Origin: Candidatus Parcubacteria bacterium
GTDB lineage: Bacteria > Patescibacteriota > Minisyncoccia > Phycocordibacterales > JAACPR01
Length of the DNA: 64,000 nt
NCBI GenBank assembly: GCA_039805545.1
Contig: JBDLUA010000007.1
Span: 1,252 to 65,251, forward strand
Direction of reading: 5' to 3'
Positions 9,746 to 18,757 of this stretch are shown here, piece by piece (position 1 is the stretch's first letter; the number at the start of each line of letters is the position of its first letter). Made by a program: the position numbers and the translations under genes. The notes under the pieces were generated by a model that was not told the DNA's origin, did no database searches, and saw nothing but the letters and a program-made list of their open reading frames with translations.

Positions 9746-10726
9746 ATGAATACTGGTTTTTTTAAAATACCTGAATTTTTATCTTTACCTCTTTTTGGAC
9801 TGAGTATTACTCAGTCTTCTGTTAAGCTTGTAAAAATGAGTAAAGTAAAACAAGGCTTTATTCCAAAAATATTTGATGGCGTTGTTCTTGGTGAAACTTG
9901 TGATTATTTTACAAATCCAATATCGGACGCTCCTTGCGATCCTCTTAAGGCAGCCCTTAAAGATTTTAAGAAAAAATATAATATTACTTTTGCTCAAGTG
10001 TCTGTTCCTGAAGAACAAACATATGTTTTTAAGATGTTTGTGCCTCAAGAAGTGTTAAGTGCTATTGATGTTTTTATTGTAAATAATATCGATCAATATA
10101 TCCCGCTTACGGCACCGGAAGTTTATTTTGATTATAAAATTTTAAAATCTCACATACGAGATACACAAATACCAGTAGTAGTAACTGCAATACCAAAATT
10201 TATCGTTGAAAAATACGCAAAGCTTCTTGATTCTTGTGGAATTTATATGGTTGGATGTGAACCTGAAACCCACGCAATCGCAAGGTGTGTGATTGATAAG
10301 GGGGATAAAAATCCTTATATAATTATGTATATCGATGAATTTGGAACACGAATATCTGTAGTAGAAGAAGGGCTTGTGCAACATACACAAACAATTGCGA
10401 TTAATTCAAAAGATATCATGGGCCCAATTACTCCGGAGACCGCACAGGCTCTCAAAGATATTTTGAACAGAGTAATTATTTATTGGTTTACTTCTCAAAA
10501 CCCTCAAACACATCCAATAAAGATAGAAAACGTAATATTGACTGGAGTTGGTGTCGATTCTCCTTCTTTCATTAATTTTTTTGAAAGCAATCTTGCGGTA
10601 AACGCTGTTCCTGCAAATGTTTGGAAAAATTGTTTTGACTTAAAAAGTTATATTCCTAATATGTCTAAAACTGATTCTTTAAAATATGCCCCTTGTGTAG
10701 GATTGTCTATGTTTAAATTAAAATAA
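9746..10726 (+). CDS. pilM: Type IV pilus assembly protein PilM-like
   Basis: FGLSITQSSVKLV, EVYFDY, EPETHAIAR, VILTG; first gene of a pilMNO-type run. Confidence 0.75.
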   Translation: MNTGFFKIPEFLSLPLFGLSITQSSVKLVKMSKVKQGFIPKIFDGVVLGETCDYFTNPISDAPCDPLKAALKDFKKKYNITFAQVSVPEEQTYVFKMFVPQEVLSAIDVFIVNNIDQYIPLTAPEVYFDYKILKSHIRDTQIPVVVTAIPKFIVEKYAKLLDSCGIYMVGCEPETHAIARCVIDKGDKNPYIIMYIDEFGTRISVVEEGLVQHTQTIAINSKDIMGPITPETAQALKDILNRVIIYWFTSQNPQTHPIKIENVILTGVGVDSPSFINFFESNLAVNAVPANVWKNCFDLKSYIPNMSKTDSLKYAPCVGLSMFKLK

Positions 10727-10727
10727 A

Positions 10728-11252
10728 ATGAGAATTATATCTGAAGAATTAAATAAAATACTTAAGAAAGAATACAAATTTCGTTTTTTTACTCTTCTTT
10801 TCTTATATTCATCCATTGTAATTCTTGTCACTATTGCACTTATATCCTCTTCTTATCTCTTGCTGTATTTGTATGAAAAAGCATATGTAAAACAAGGATT
10901 ATTTGTTAATAATGAAATCCTTGAACTAGACAAAATAAATATCCAAAAGACAGAAGACTTGTATCAGTTGAGTCGTAAAATAATAACCGAAGATAAAACA
11001 GAAGCTTCTATTGGCGCAACAAAAATTCTTTTTGAGTATGCTTCTGGACTAGTATCAATTTCTTCAATCGAAATTTCTCAAGATTCTAAAATTACTCTTA
11101 GGGCAGTAGCACATACGCGAGAGTCTCTCATTGTGTTTAATGATAAAGTAAAAGCAGACGCAACATTCAATGATTTTGATATTCCAATAGAGGCGCTTGC
11201 AAAACAAAAGGATATTAATTTTAGTGTAACTTTTACATATCATGAAAACTAA
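10728..11252 (+). CDS. PilN-like membrane protein
   Basis: N-terminal TM, C-terminal ferredoxin-like pattern, position after pilM. Confidence 0.6.
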   Translation: MRIISEELNKILKKEYKFRFFTLLFLYSSIVILVTIALISSSYLLLYLYEKAYVKQGLFVNNEILELDKINIQKTEDLYQLSRKIITEDKTEASIGATKILFEYASGLVSISSIEISQDSKITLRAVAHTRESLIVFNDKVKADATFNDFDIPIEALAKQKDINFSVTFTYHEN

Positions 11253-11775
11253 AACAAACATTTCATTCTTAATTTCTTTGTGTCTGTTCATTGCTGCAAT
11301 TGGATTGGTTGTATATGTCTTGTATCAAATAGAAATTAGAACAAATTTAATAAAAACACACTATGCTGAAGATACACAAAGTTTAAATTTAAATTCTGCT
11401 GCTAAATTAAAAAAAGAACAAGAGTCTTTATTACAGAAGGAAAAAATATTTAAAAAAACATTTCTTTCTCAAGATGAAATAATACCATTTATCGGAAATC
11501 TTGAAGCGATTGCTTCTGAAAGCGCTATAAAAATTGAAATTACAAAGGTTGAAAAGGGAACAGAAGAAACAGTTGGTTCTTCTTATAAAATACAACCAAT
11601 TTCTTTCTATGTTTCTCTTGATGGAGAATTGAAAAATACAATTTCCTTTATACAAAAAATAACAGATCAAGAAAAAATACTCGAACTTAAAGAATTTAAA
11701 GTTTATAAGATAAGTGATGCAAGTAATATGCATAATACAAGAATCATTTTGACGGGTAATATTCTTATCATATGA
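11242..11775 (+). CDS. PilO-like membrane protein
   Basis: N-terminal TM and coiled coil, position in operon. Confidence 0.6.
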   Translation: MKTKTNISFLISLCLFIAAIGLVVYVLYQIEIRTNLIKTHYAEDTQSLNLNSAAKLKKEQESLLQKEKIFKKTFLSQDEIIPFIGNLEAIASESAIKIEITKVEKGTEETVGSSYKIQPISFYVSLDGELKNTISFIQKITDQEKILELKEFKVYKISDASNMHNTRIILTGNILII

Positions 11776-12062
11776 AAAAAATAAATCTAAAAGTCTATTT
11801 TAAAAAGAGAAAGCAAAGACTTGCGGTGTCTGGAATTTCGCCAACTTTTGATTGGGGCATTATTGTTGGATTTTCGACATTTTTGTTTTTTGTTGGTGTC
11901 GGCTATGCAATTTATTTATATATACAAGTAAACAACGGCTCTTTGTTTGAGGTGGTACAAGATCAAACAGTTCAATATGAAATTAATCACAAGAAAAAAC
12001 AAATAGAACAAAAGGTTCAAATACTTGAAGGTAGAAATTTTGACGAAACGAGTTCAAACTGA
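11772..12062 (+). CDS. Small single-TM protein ending the pil operon
   Basis: Overlaps the previous stop; one TM helix. Confidence 0.6.
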   Translation: MKKINLKVYFKKRKQRLAVSGISPTFDWGIIVGFSTFLFFVGVGYAIYLYIQVNNGSLFEVVQDQTVQYEINHKKKQIEQKVQILEGRNFDETSSN

Positions 12063-12088
12063 TATTTTAAGGGAACAAACAAACCATT

Positions 12089-12160
12089 GCCCCCTTAGTT
12101 CAATGGATAGAACAGCGGACTTCTAAGCCGTTGATGTAGGTTCGATTCCTGCAGGGGGCA
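12089..12160 (+). tRNA. tRNA-Arg(TCT)
   Basis: GCCCCCT..AGGGGGC acceptor, CTTCTAA loop (A-G mismatch at the base of the anticodon stem). Confidence 0.9.
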
Positions 12161-12190
12161 CAAGCGTTAAAAAAGTCCGGACTGCTCCGG

Positions 12191-12378
12191 ACTTTTAGCT
12201 TGTGCCGGCCGCAGCGATGTTGCGATAGCAACCGCGAGGCGGGGTCGCGAGCACTTAGTAGAATTGGAGTGAGCTTGCGAACGAACAATTATACTTAGTG
12301 ACTTGTGACCACATAAAACAGTTCAAATTGAAAGAGTTTACGAAGAAATGAACTTAGTAACTGTGGGACGATTCCTGT
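12191..12378. repeat. tRNA-downstream structured element, copy 1
   Basis: 42-nt core 12334-12375 matches 15355-15396 at 40/42; repeated ACTTAGT. Confidence 0.75.
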
Positions 12379-12425
12379 ATAATTGCAAAACTTTAAAAAT
12401 CTGTTATTCTATATAAACCTTACAA

Positions 12426-12499
12426 GGGCGATTAGCTCAGTTGGCTAGAGCAGTCCGTTTACACCGGAAAGGTCAGGGGTTCAAGTCCCTTATCGCCCA
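12426..12499 (+). tRNA. tRNA-Val(TAC)
   Basis: GGGCGAT..ATCGCCC acceptor, TTTACAC loop. Confidence 0.95.
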
Positions 12500-12572
12500 C
12501 AAAAATAAAGAGCTCAACACGAAAGTGTTGGGCGATTTATTTTGAGCTTTTGTTTTATGATATACTCTCGAC

Positions 12573-12812
12573 ATGATTGAACAATTTAAAAAACCAAAAG
12601 AAGAATTTACAAAAGAAGAACTTAGAGACATTCTAGAACTTTCAGGAAAGGGTCTGGATGCCAATCTCGGTGATTTAGCGAATACGCTTCTTGAGGAAAA
12701 AGAAAAAGAAGGATTGGATGATAAAGAAATTTTGGAAAGAGCAATGCTTCTTGCAAAAAAGTTGATTTTGGTTGAAGTGAAACAAGCAATAGATGCTTCG
12801 CATTTTGAATAA
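12573..12812 (+). CDS. Hypothetical small acidic protein
   Basis: 79-aa ORF with TATACT just upstream. Confidence 0.55.
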   Translation: MIEQFKKPKEEFTKEELRDILELSGKGLDANLGDLANTLLEEKEKEGLDDKEILERAMLLAKKLILVEVKQAIDASHFE

Positions 12813-12819
12813 ATTTTAT

Positions 12820-13554
12820 ATGGATATTAAAGTTATTGTTGAAAATTCTAATTACATTATAATCAATAAACCTGCAGGAATCTCAGTCCACAAAAGTGGT
12901 CAACGAGAAGAATATACAATCTCAGACTGGGTTATTGAACATTTTCCTCAAACAAAAGAAGTGGGTGAACCACTTAAAATTTCTAACGGAGAAATAATTG
13001 AAAGACATGGAATTGTACATCGTCTTGATAAAGATACCTCAGGGGCTCTACTCATTGCTTTAACTCAAGAAGCGTACGAATTTTTTAAAAAACAATTTCA
13101 CGATAGAGAAATAAAAAAGAGTTATCGAGCTTTTTTGTATGGAAATCTAAAAGAAGATCACCTTACAATTCAAGAACCAATAGGGAAGCATAAGAAAGAT
13201 TTTAGAAAACGAACCACTGCTCGAAATTCTCGTGGCGAACTCAAACTCGCGATTACTTTTTTTCATGTACTACAAAGAGTAAAGATTGATAATGAACCAG
13301 TGTTGTTTGTGGAGGCACAGCCTAAAACGGGACGAACTCATCAAATTAGAGTACATGCACGATATATGCAACACCCTGTTATTGCAGATACATTGTATGC
13401 ACGATCAAAACCGAAGTTACTTGGATTTAAGCGACTTGCCTTGCATGCATATTCATTGGAATTTAAAGATTTAGACGGTTTTACTCAAAAAATAGAAGCG
13501 GATTTTCCGGATGATTTTAGATATGCACTTTCTCTTGTTGACCGATTGGAGTAG
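12820..13554 (+). CDS. RluA/RluD family pseudouridine synthase
   Basis: INKPAG, VHRLDKDTSG, TGRTHQIRVH, LHAYSL; start moved to ATG 12820. Confidence 0.93.
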   Translation: MDIKVIVENSNYIIINKPAGISVHKSGQREEYTISDWVIEHFPQTKEVGEPLKISNGEIIERHGIVHRLDKDTSGALLIALTQEAYEFFKKQFHDREIKKSYRAFLYGNLKEDHLTIQEPIGKHKKDFRKRTTARNSRGELKLAITFFHVLQRVKIDNEPVLFVEAQPKTGRTHQIRVHARYMQHPVIADTLYARSKPKLLGFKRLALHAYSLEFKDLDGFTQKIEADFPDDFRYALSLVDRLE

Positions 13555-13570
13555 AGGGGTACTATTAGGA

Positions 13571-13700
13571 ATAGGAATTCGTTCCAAAATTTTCTGGCCC
13601 TGTTTGGGTCAGCGACCGCACGCTACCAGATGGATCCGCGCACGCAACAGGAGGGGTAAACCTTAAAACGGTAAAACCTGTTGCGTGCGCGATTTATTTT
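13571..13700 (+). ncRNA. Candidate structured ncRNA, unassigned
   Basis: Promoter TTGACC(13538)-16-TACTAT(13560); junction of short helices, then perfect 15-bp stem 13637-13651/13677-13691 and a T tract. Confidence 0.5.
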
Positions 13701-13736
13701 TGACAAGGAGCACTATTTGATGTAAAGTATTTTGGT

Positions 13737-13886
13737 ATGGCTCAGAAAAACCAGCATCAAGTGGGTCGGACCAAGTCCGGCAGAGTTCAGCGCAATGGAC
13801 AACACAAGCAAGGCAAGGAGGGAGGAAGTGTCAAAGCCATTCCTTTCAATCAGTCTGCACGTGTTGGACATCGTGCTTGGGTCTGA
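13737..13886 (+). CDS. 49-aa basic small protein (below the ORF-track cutoff)
   Basis: MAQKNQHQVGRTKSGRVQRNGQHKQGKEGGSVKAIPFNQSARVGHRAWV; TTGACA-17-TAAAGT promoter and own GC terminator near 13905-13933. Confidence 0.5.
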   Translation: MAQKNQHQVGRTKSGRVQRNGQHKQGKEGGSVKAIPFNQSARVGHRAWV

Positions 13887-13996
13887 TTTCACTTCGTCGT
13901 TTCGGGGTGGTCGCGCAAGCGGCCACCCTTTTTCTTTAAATATTGATAAATTTTAACAACTATGTTAAAGTCTTCCTACTAATAAATTTAATAATC

Positions 13997-14431
13997 ATGA
14001 ACACAGTAATAACTCCAGTAGATATTGCCTCACGAAAAAACCTCGATATGCGAACCGGGGACACTGTTCGAGTATGGCAAAAAATCCAGGAAAAAGGAAA
14101 AACACGACTTCAAGCGTTTGAAGGAATCGTTCTTGCACGAAAACATGGTGCAGAAGCAGGTGCAACATTTACAGTACGACGAAATACTAATGGTTTTGGT
14201 GTAGAAAAAATCTTCCCACTTTATTCTCCAATGATCGATAAGATTGAAATCGTAAAACGATCAAAGACTCGACGAAGTAAACTTTACTATATGCGAGATA
14301 AAGCACTTAAAGAAATCAGTAAACGATTTAAGATGATGTCTGTTAAGTTCTCGACAGAAGATCATAAAGAAGTTGTTCCTGAAGTTGTAGAAGAGGCTCC
14401 AGTAGAAACAGTAGAAGAAAAGAAAGACTAA
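13997..14431 (+). CDS. rplS: 50S ribosomal protein L19
   Basis: GDTVRV, RLQAFEGIV, GVEKIFPLYSP, RRSKLYYMR; start moved to ATG 13997. Confidence 0.96.
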   Translation: MNTVITPVDIASRKNLDMRTGDTVRVWQKIQEKGKTRLQAFEGIVLARKHGAEAGATFTVRRNTNGFGVEKIFPLYSPMIDKIEIVKRSKTRRSKLYYMRDKALKEISKRFKMMSVKFSTEDHKEVVPEVVEEAPVETVEEKKD

Positions 14432-14539
14432 TATAAAAAGAGAAAAGGGGGAGGCCTTCGGCCTCCCCCTTTTCTCTTTTATAAAAATATGTATAATCAA
14501 AGCACTTATCAAAAACCTCGATAAGAAGTGAATGTGTAT

Positions 14540-14621
14540 GCGCAAGTGGTGAAATTGGTATACACGCACCCTTGAGGTGGGTGTGCCTTCGGGTGTGGAG
14601 GTTCAAGTCCTCTCTTGCGCA
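14540..14621 (+). tRNA. tRNA-Leu(GAG)
   Basis: CACCC-TTGAGGT-GGGTG anticodon arm, variable arm. Confidence 0.95.
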
Positions 14622-14746
14622 CTGAAAAATAAAGAGCCAAACACAAAGTGTTCGGCTCTTTATTTTTCAGGAAAGATTAACGAAGTAGGCTTTTCTTTGT
14701 ATTCGATTTGAGGTATTCTTGTTTTTGAAAACCTAAGGTAAAACCC

Positions 14747-15025
14747 ATGAAACGAAATGATAAGGATAAGTTCCTCCAAAAGATCGAGCGAGTTAGAAAT
14801 GCTGCCCTCAAACAGCTTCAAGAAATGGCGGCACTCTACAAACTTCAAGTCAAAGATGATCTTCGGTATCGCACCACCATTGAATTGGTTCATTGGTATT
14901 GCAACGATGCAAAGGAGTTTTCCCGAGAGAGATCGCTAGGGATGTTTGTCGGATTGATTTCTAACCTGCGCCGAATCATTGCCTCTCTTCCTGTTGTGGT
15001 CCTTGAGGACTATTACTCGACATGA
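14747..15025 (+). CDS. Hypothetical orphan protein
   Basis: 92-aa ORF between tRNAs, followed by a GC terminator. Confidence 0.5.
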   Translation: MKRNDKDKFLQKIERVRNAALKQLQEMAALYKLQVKDDLRYRTTIELVHWYCNDAKEFSRERSLGMFVGLISNLRRIIASLPVVVLEDYYST

Positions 15026-15122
15026 GGATTGTTTTTTTCGAAAGGCGGCCCGAACGGGCCGCCTTTTCTCCTGGACATTTCCCTATAAAATTAGTACTAT
15101 CTTGCTACACAGATGTGTATAT

Positions 15123-15195
15123 GGCGACTATGGTGTAACGGTTAACACAGCGGTCTGTGGATCCGCTGATTCGGGTTCGATTCCCGATAGCCGCC
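15123..15195 (+). tRNA. tRNA-His(GTG)
   Basis: G-1 and C73 present, CTGTGGA loop. Confidence 0.93.
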
Positions 15196-15240
15196 CATAA
15201 AAATAAAAGAGATGAATGCGTGAGCATTCATCTCTTTTAT

Positions 15241-15396
15241 TTTAGGAAGGCTTCGGGAATCGAACGGCGGAGGCCCAGGGTCCCTGTGTCTGTGAAGTGA
15301 AACGAAACAGACCTGGGATGGCCGAGCCGCGACCAACGGTACTTAGTGAATGAGGAGTTTACGACGAAATGAACTTAGTAACTGTGGGTCGATTCC
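15241..15396. repeat. tRNA-downstream structured element, copy 2
   Basis: Begins with an inverted copy of the tRNA-His 3' end; shares the 42-nt core with copy 1. Confidence 0.75.
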
Positions 15397-15455
15397 ACAA
15401 ATATTTTTCCCACACTCTTCTCTAATTATTTTTTTCTTCTGCTATACTATATTCA

Positions 15456-18194
15456 ATGGAAACAAAACAAAATTTTGAATCTCCTCAACTTACAGAAAAA
15501 ATTTCTAATCTTGAACAAGAACTTGCTTTTTTGCGTTCACAAATTATCGATAAAAAATCAGAGCAGGGCATAGAACAAAAGACTCAAGAAATAATTCAAA
15601 CTATTTCAAATCAAAAACAAGAAGTATATACAGACACTTTTCTTCATACACCAGAACAAACAGATGCAATCACACTTGATTTAAAACCAGAAGCACACGA
15701 CGAAACAATGGCTTCTCTTATTGAAATCATTAAGAAACACGGAATTATTAATGCGATAGAAGTTGTTGCAAAGCTTCAAGATGCTCATATTAATGATGAT
15801 TTTCATAGGTTTTTGGTGGAATATCTCAAAGAAGGATATCCTGTATTCAAAAAAGAATCAGAAGAGACACTTAGACCACTTAAAAGAACTTTGTTTGAAG
15901 TGTTGATTCCAAAAAAAGAACAAACAGGAGAAAATAATCAGGAACACATTCATAAAATGTATTCACTTATTTCAGGACTTCGATCAATTGCGGATTATTC
16001 TGACGAACATATTACGATTGAAATAACAAATCCTGTTGGAGAAAAACAGTTTTCTGTATATGTTTCTGTATATGAAAAAGTTCGAGATATGTTTGAAAAG
16101 CAAATGCTCTCGCTTTTTCCTTCAAGTAAACTTGCAGAACAAAAAAATGATTTTAATATTTTTGTCCCTCTAGGTTCACATTTTGTCTATTCTGCAAAGC
16201 TAAAAGAACTTCCGGTTAAGCCCCTTAAGACAAGTGAGGAATTTCAAGTTGATCCACTTAATACTCTTGTTGGTGTGTTTACAAAACTTGAACAAATGGA
16301 TGATGCTGCGTGTGTACAGTTTGTAATTCGACCAGGAAAAGGATTTTATACAAAAAACTATGCAAAAGCTTTGCCAAAAGTTGAAAAAGGAGAAAAACCA
16401 GATGAGATATACATGAAAGATAAGATGTCTGACAAACTTATCTATGGGACGAACAAGATCTTAAAAGGAATTATTGAAATTGCCGCGTCGCTTCAATCAG
16501 AATCTTCATCTAAGAGTGAAGATAAAAAAATCGATCAGTTTCTCGTTGAAGGACTTCGACAAAAAATTAAGCATGAAATTTATTCTGTAAATATTCGAGT
16601 AGTAACATCGAGTAAAGAGGAGAACAGAGCAAAAGTAATTGCATCTGAAATCAGATCTTCATTTGATCAATTTTCTAATCCGACAGGGAACAGAATTGAG
16701 TGGGTTGAGCACAAAGGAAGTATTAAGAAAGAGTTGAAGAAATTTATCTATCGACAATTTGATATGGAATATGAAATGCCACTTAATATTTCTGAAATCT
16801 CAACAATAATTCATTTTCCTGATGAGAGCAAAGAGACCACTGCACAGTTTAAGCGTCTTGGTATGACTTCTGCTCCTGCACCCTTTAACCTTGAACAAAA
16901 TCAAGGTGTGCTTCTTGGTACAAATGAGCATGCGGGTGAGATTACTAATATTCGGATGCAAAATATGGATAGACTTCGACATATGTATGTAATTGGACAA
17001 ACAGGAACAGGTAAGACAACTCTTTTGAAAAATATGATTATTCAAGATATCAAAAATGGAGAAGGTGTATGTATGATTGACCCACATGGTTCTGATATTC
17101 AAGAAATTCTTGCTGCTATTCCACAAGAACGGCTCGAGGATGTAATTTATTTTGATCCAAGTTACACAGAGCGTCCAATGGGTCTTAATATGCTTGAGTA
17201 TGATGTTCGGTTTCCTGAACAAAAAACTTTTGTAGTGAACGAAATGATGAGTATCTTTAATAAATTGTTTGATATGAAAGTTGCTGGAGGTCCTATGTTT
17301 GAACAGTATTTTCGAAATGCAACAATGCTTGTAATTGATGATCCTGAATCTGGGAATACTCTTCTTGATGTATCTCGGGTGCTTTCTGATCAAAACTTTA
17401 GAAATATGAAGATTTCTAAATGTAAAAATCCAACAGTAGTACAGTTCTGGACTGAGATTGCTTCAAAGGCTGGAGGAGAAGCTTCACTTGCAAATATTGT
17501 TCCATATATCACAAGTAAGTTTGATGTGTTTCTTTCAAACGATATTATGCGACCTGTTATCGCACAAAAGGAATCAAGTTTTGATTTCAGAAAAATAATG
17601 GACGAAAAAAAGATTTTACTCGTAAATCTTGCAAAAGGAAGACTTGGGGACATTAACTCAAATCTTATTGGTCTTATTATTGTAGGAAAATTGTTGATGG
17701 CTGCATTATCTCGGGTCGATTCTCTTGGAAAAGATTTTCCTTCATTTTATTTATATATCGATGAATTCCAAAATATTACAACTGATTCTATTTCGGCAAT
17801 ATTATCTGAAGCCCGAAAGTATAAATTAAGTCTATGTGTTGCTCATCAGTTTATTGCCCAATTACAAGAGAGTATTCGTGATGCTGTGTTTGGAAACGTA
17901 GGAAGTGTTGCTGTATTTAGGGTTGGTTCTGAAGATGCAAAATTTCTTGAATCACAATTTTCACCACGGTTTGTTCAAAAAGATATTATGAATATCGAGA
18001 ACTTTAATTTCTATTTAAAAATGCTTAACGAAGGTGTTCCTGTAGAACCTTTTAATGTAAAACTTCCATCAAAACAAGAGTTTGATCTTAGTAGAGTGGA
18101 AGATATTAAGCAACTCTCATATTTGAAGTATGGGAAAGACAGAAGTGAAGTAGAAGAAGAGATTATGAAAAATTTGAGGAAGGAGACTCTTTAG
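15456..18194 (+). CDS. VirD4/TraG/HerA-like P-loop ATPase with long N-terminal extension
   Basis: RLRHMYVIGQTGTGKT, IDPHG, YLYIDEFQN, LSEARKYKL, AHQFIAQL. Confidence 0.85.
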   Translation: METKQNFESPQLTEKISNLEQELAFLRSQIIDKKSEQGIEQKTQEIIQTISNQKQEVYTDTFLHTPEQTDAITLDLKPEAHDETMASLIEIIKKHGIINAIEVVAKLQDAHINDDFHRFLVEYLKEGYPVFKKESEETLRPLKRTLFEVLIPKKEQTGENNQEHIHKMYSLISGLRSIADYSDEHITIEITNPVGEKQFSVYVSVYEKVRDMFEKQMLSLFPSSKLAEQKNDFNIFVPLGSHFVYSAKLKELPVKPLKTSEEFQVDPLNTLVGVFTKLEQMDDAACVQFVIRPGKGFYTKNYAKALPKVEKGEKPDEIYMKDKMSDKLIYGTNKILKGIIEIAASLQSESSSKSEDKKIDQFLVEGLRQKIKHEIYSVNIRVVTSSKEENRAKVIASEIRSSFDQFSNPTGNRIEWVEHKGSIKKELKKFIYRQFDMEYEMPLNISEISTIIHFPDESKETTAQFKRLGMTSAPAPFNLEQNQGVLLGTNEHAGEITNIRMQNMDRLRHMYVIGQTGTGKTTLLKNMIIQDIKNGEGVCMIDPHGSDIQEILAAIPQERLEDVIYFDPSYTERPMGLNMLEYDVRFPEQKTFVVNEMMSIFNKLFDMKVAGGPMFEQYFRNATMLVIDDPESGNTLLDVSRVLSDQNFRNMKISKCKNPTVVQFWTEIASKAGGEASLANIVPYITSKFDVFLSNDIMRPVIAQKESSFDFRKIMDEKKILLVNLAKGRLGDINSNLIGLIIVGKLLMAALSRVDSLGKDFPSFYLYIDEFQNITTDSISAILSEARKYKLSLCVAHQFIAQLQESIRDAVFGNVGSVAVFRVGSEDAKFLESQFSPRFVQKDIMNIENFNFYLKMLNEGVPVEPFNVKLPSKQEFDLSRVEDIKQLSYLKYGKDRSEVEEEIMKNLRKETL

Positions 18195-18336
18195 CCTTGT
18201 GTATAATTAGAAAAAGTGGTATTATGGTTTTGTAAGTAACAAAACTATCGTGTCTTTGGGTAAGCTGTCGTGTGATGGTCCAACAAGAGAACTATATGTG
18301 TCGTGCTTACACTTTAATAGTGTTAAAGAACCTTAA

Positions 18337-18657
18337 ATGGATACAAACAACAAACGGCTTTTCGTAGGAGGAATTCCTTACCGAACAACTGAACAAGATT
18401 TACAAGACGCTTTCTCAAAAGCAGGAGCAGTAACATCTGCTCGAATCATCAAAGAACGAGAAACAGGACGATCAAAAGGATTTGGTTTCGTAGAAATGGA
18501 AACTGAAGAAGCTGCACAAGCGGCAATCGAAATGTGGAACGGAAAAGATTTTGATGGACGAGAACTTATTGTAAACATTGCTCGAGCTGAAGAACGACGA
18601 CCATCAAACGGTGGAAACGGCGGATTCGGAGGAGGAAATCGAGAATGGAGACGATAA
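18337..18657 (+). CDS. RRM-domain RNA-binding protein with Gly-rich tail
   Basis: RNP2 LFVGGI, RNP1 KGFGFVEM. Confidence 0.93.
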   Translation: MDTNNKRLFVGGIPYRTTEQDLQDAFSKAGAVTSARIIKERETGRSKGFGFVEMETEEAAQAAIEMWNGKDFDGRELIVNIARAEERRPSNGGNGGFGGGNREWRR

Positions 18658-18757
18658 TCTAAATATAGATAACAAAAAAGCAGGTGGCCCAAAGGGCCAC
18701 CTGCTTTTTTGTTATTAAAATAATGTAAAAAAATATTTTTTATATATAATAGATAAT

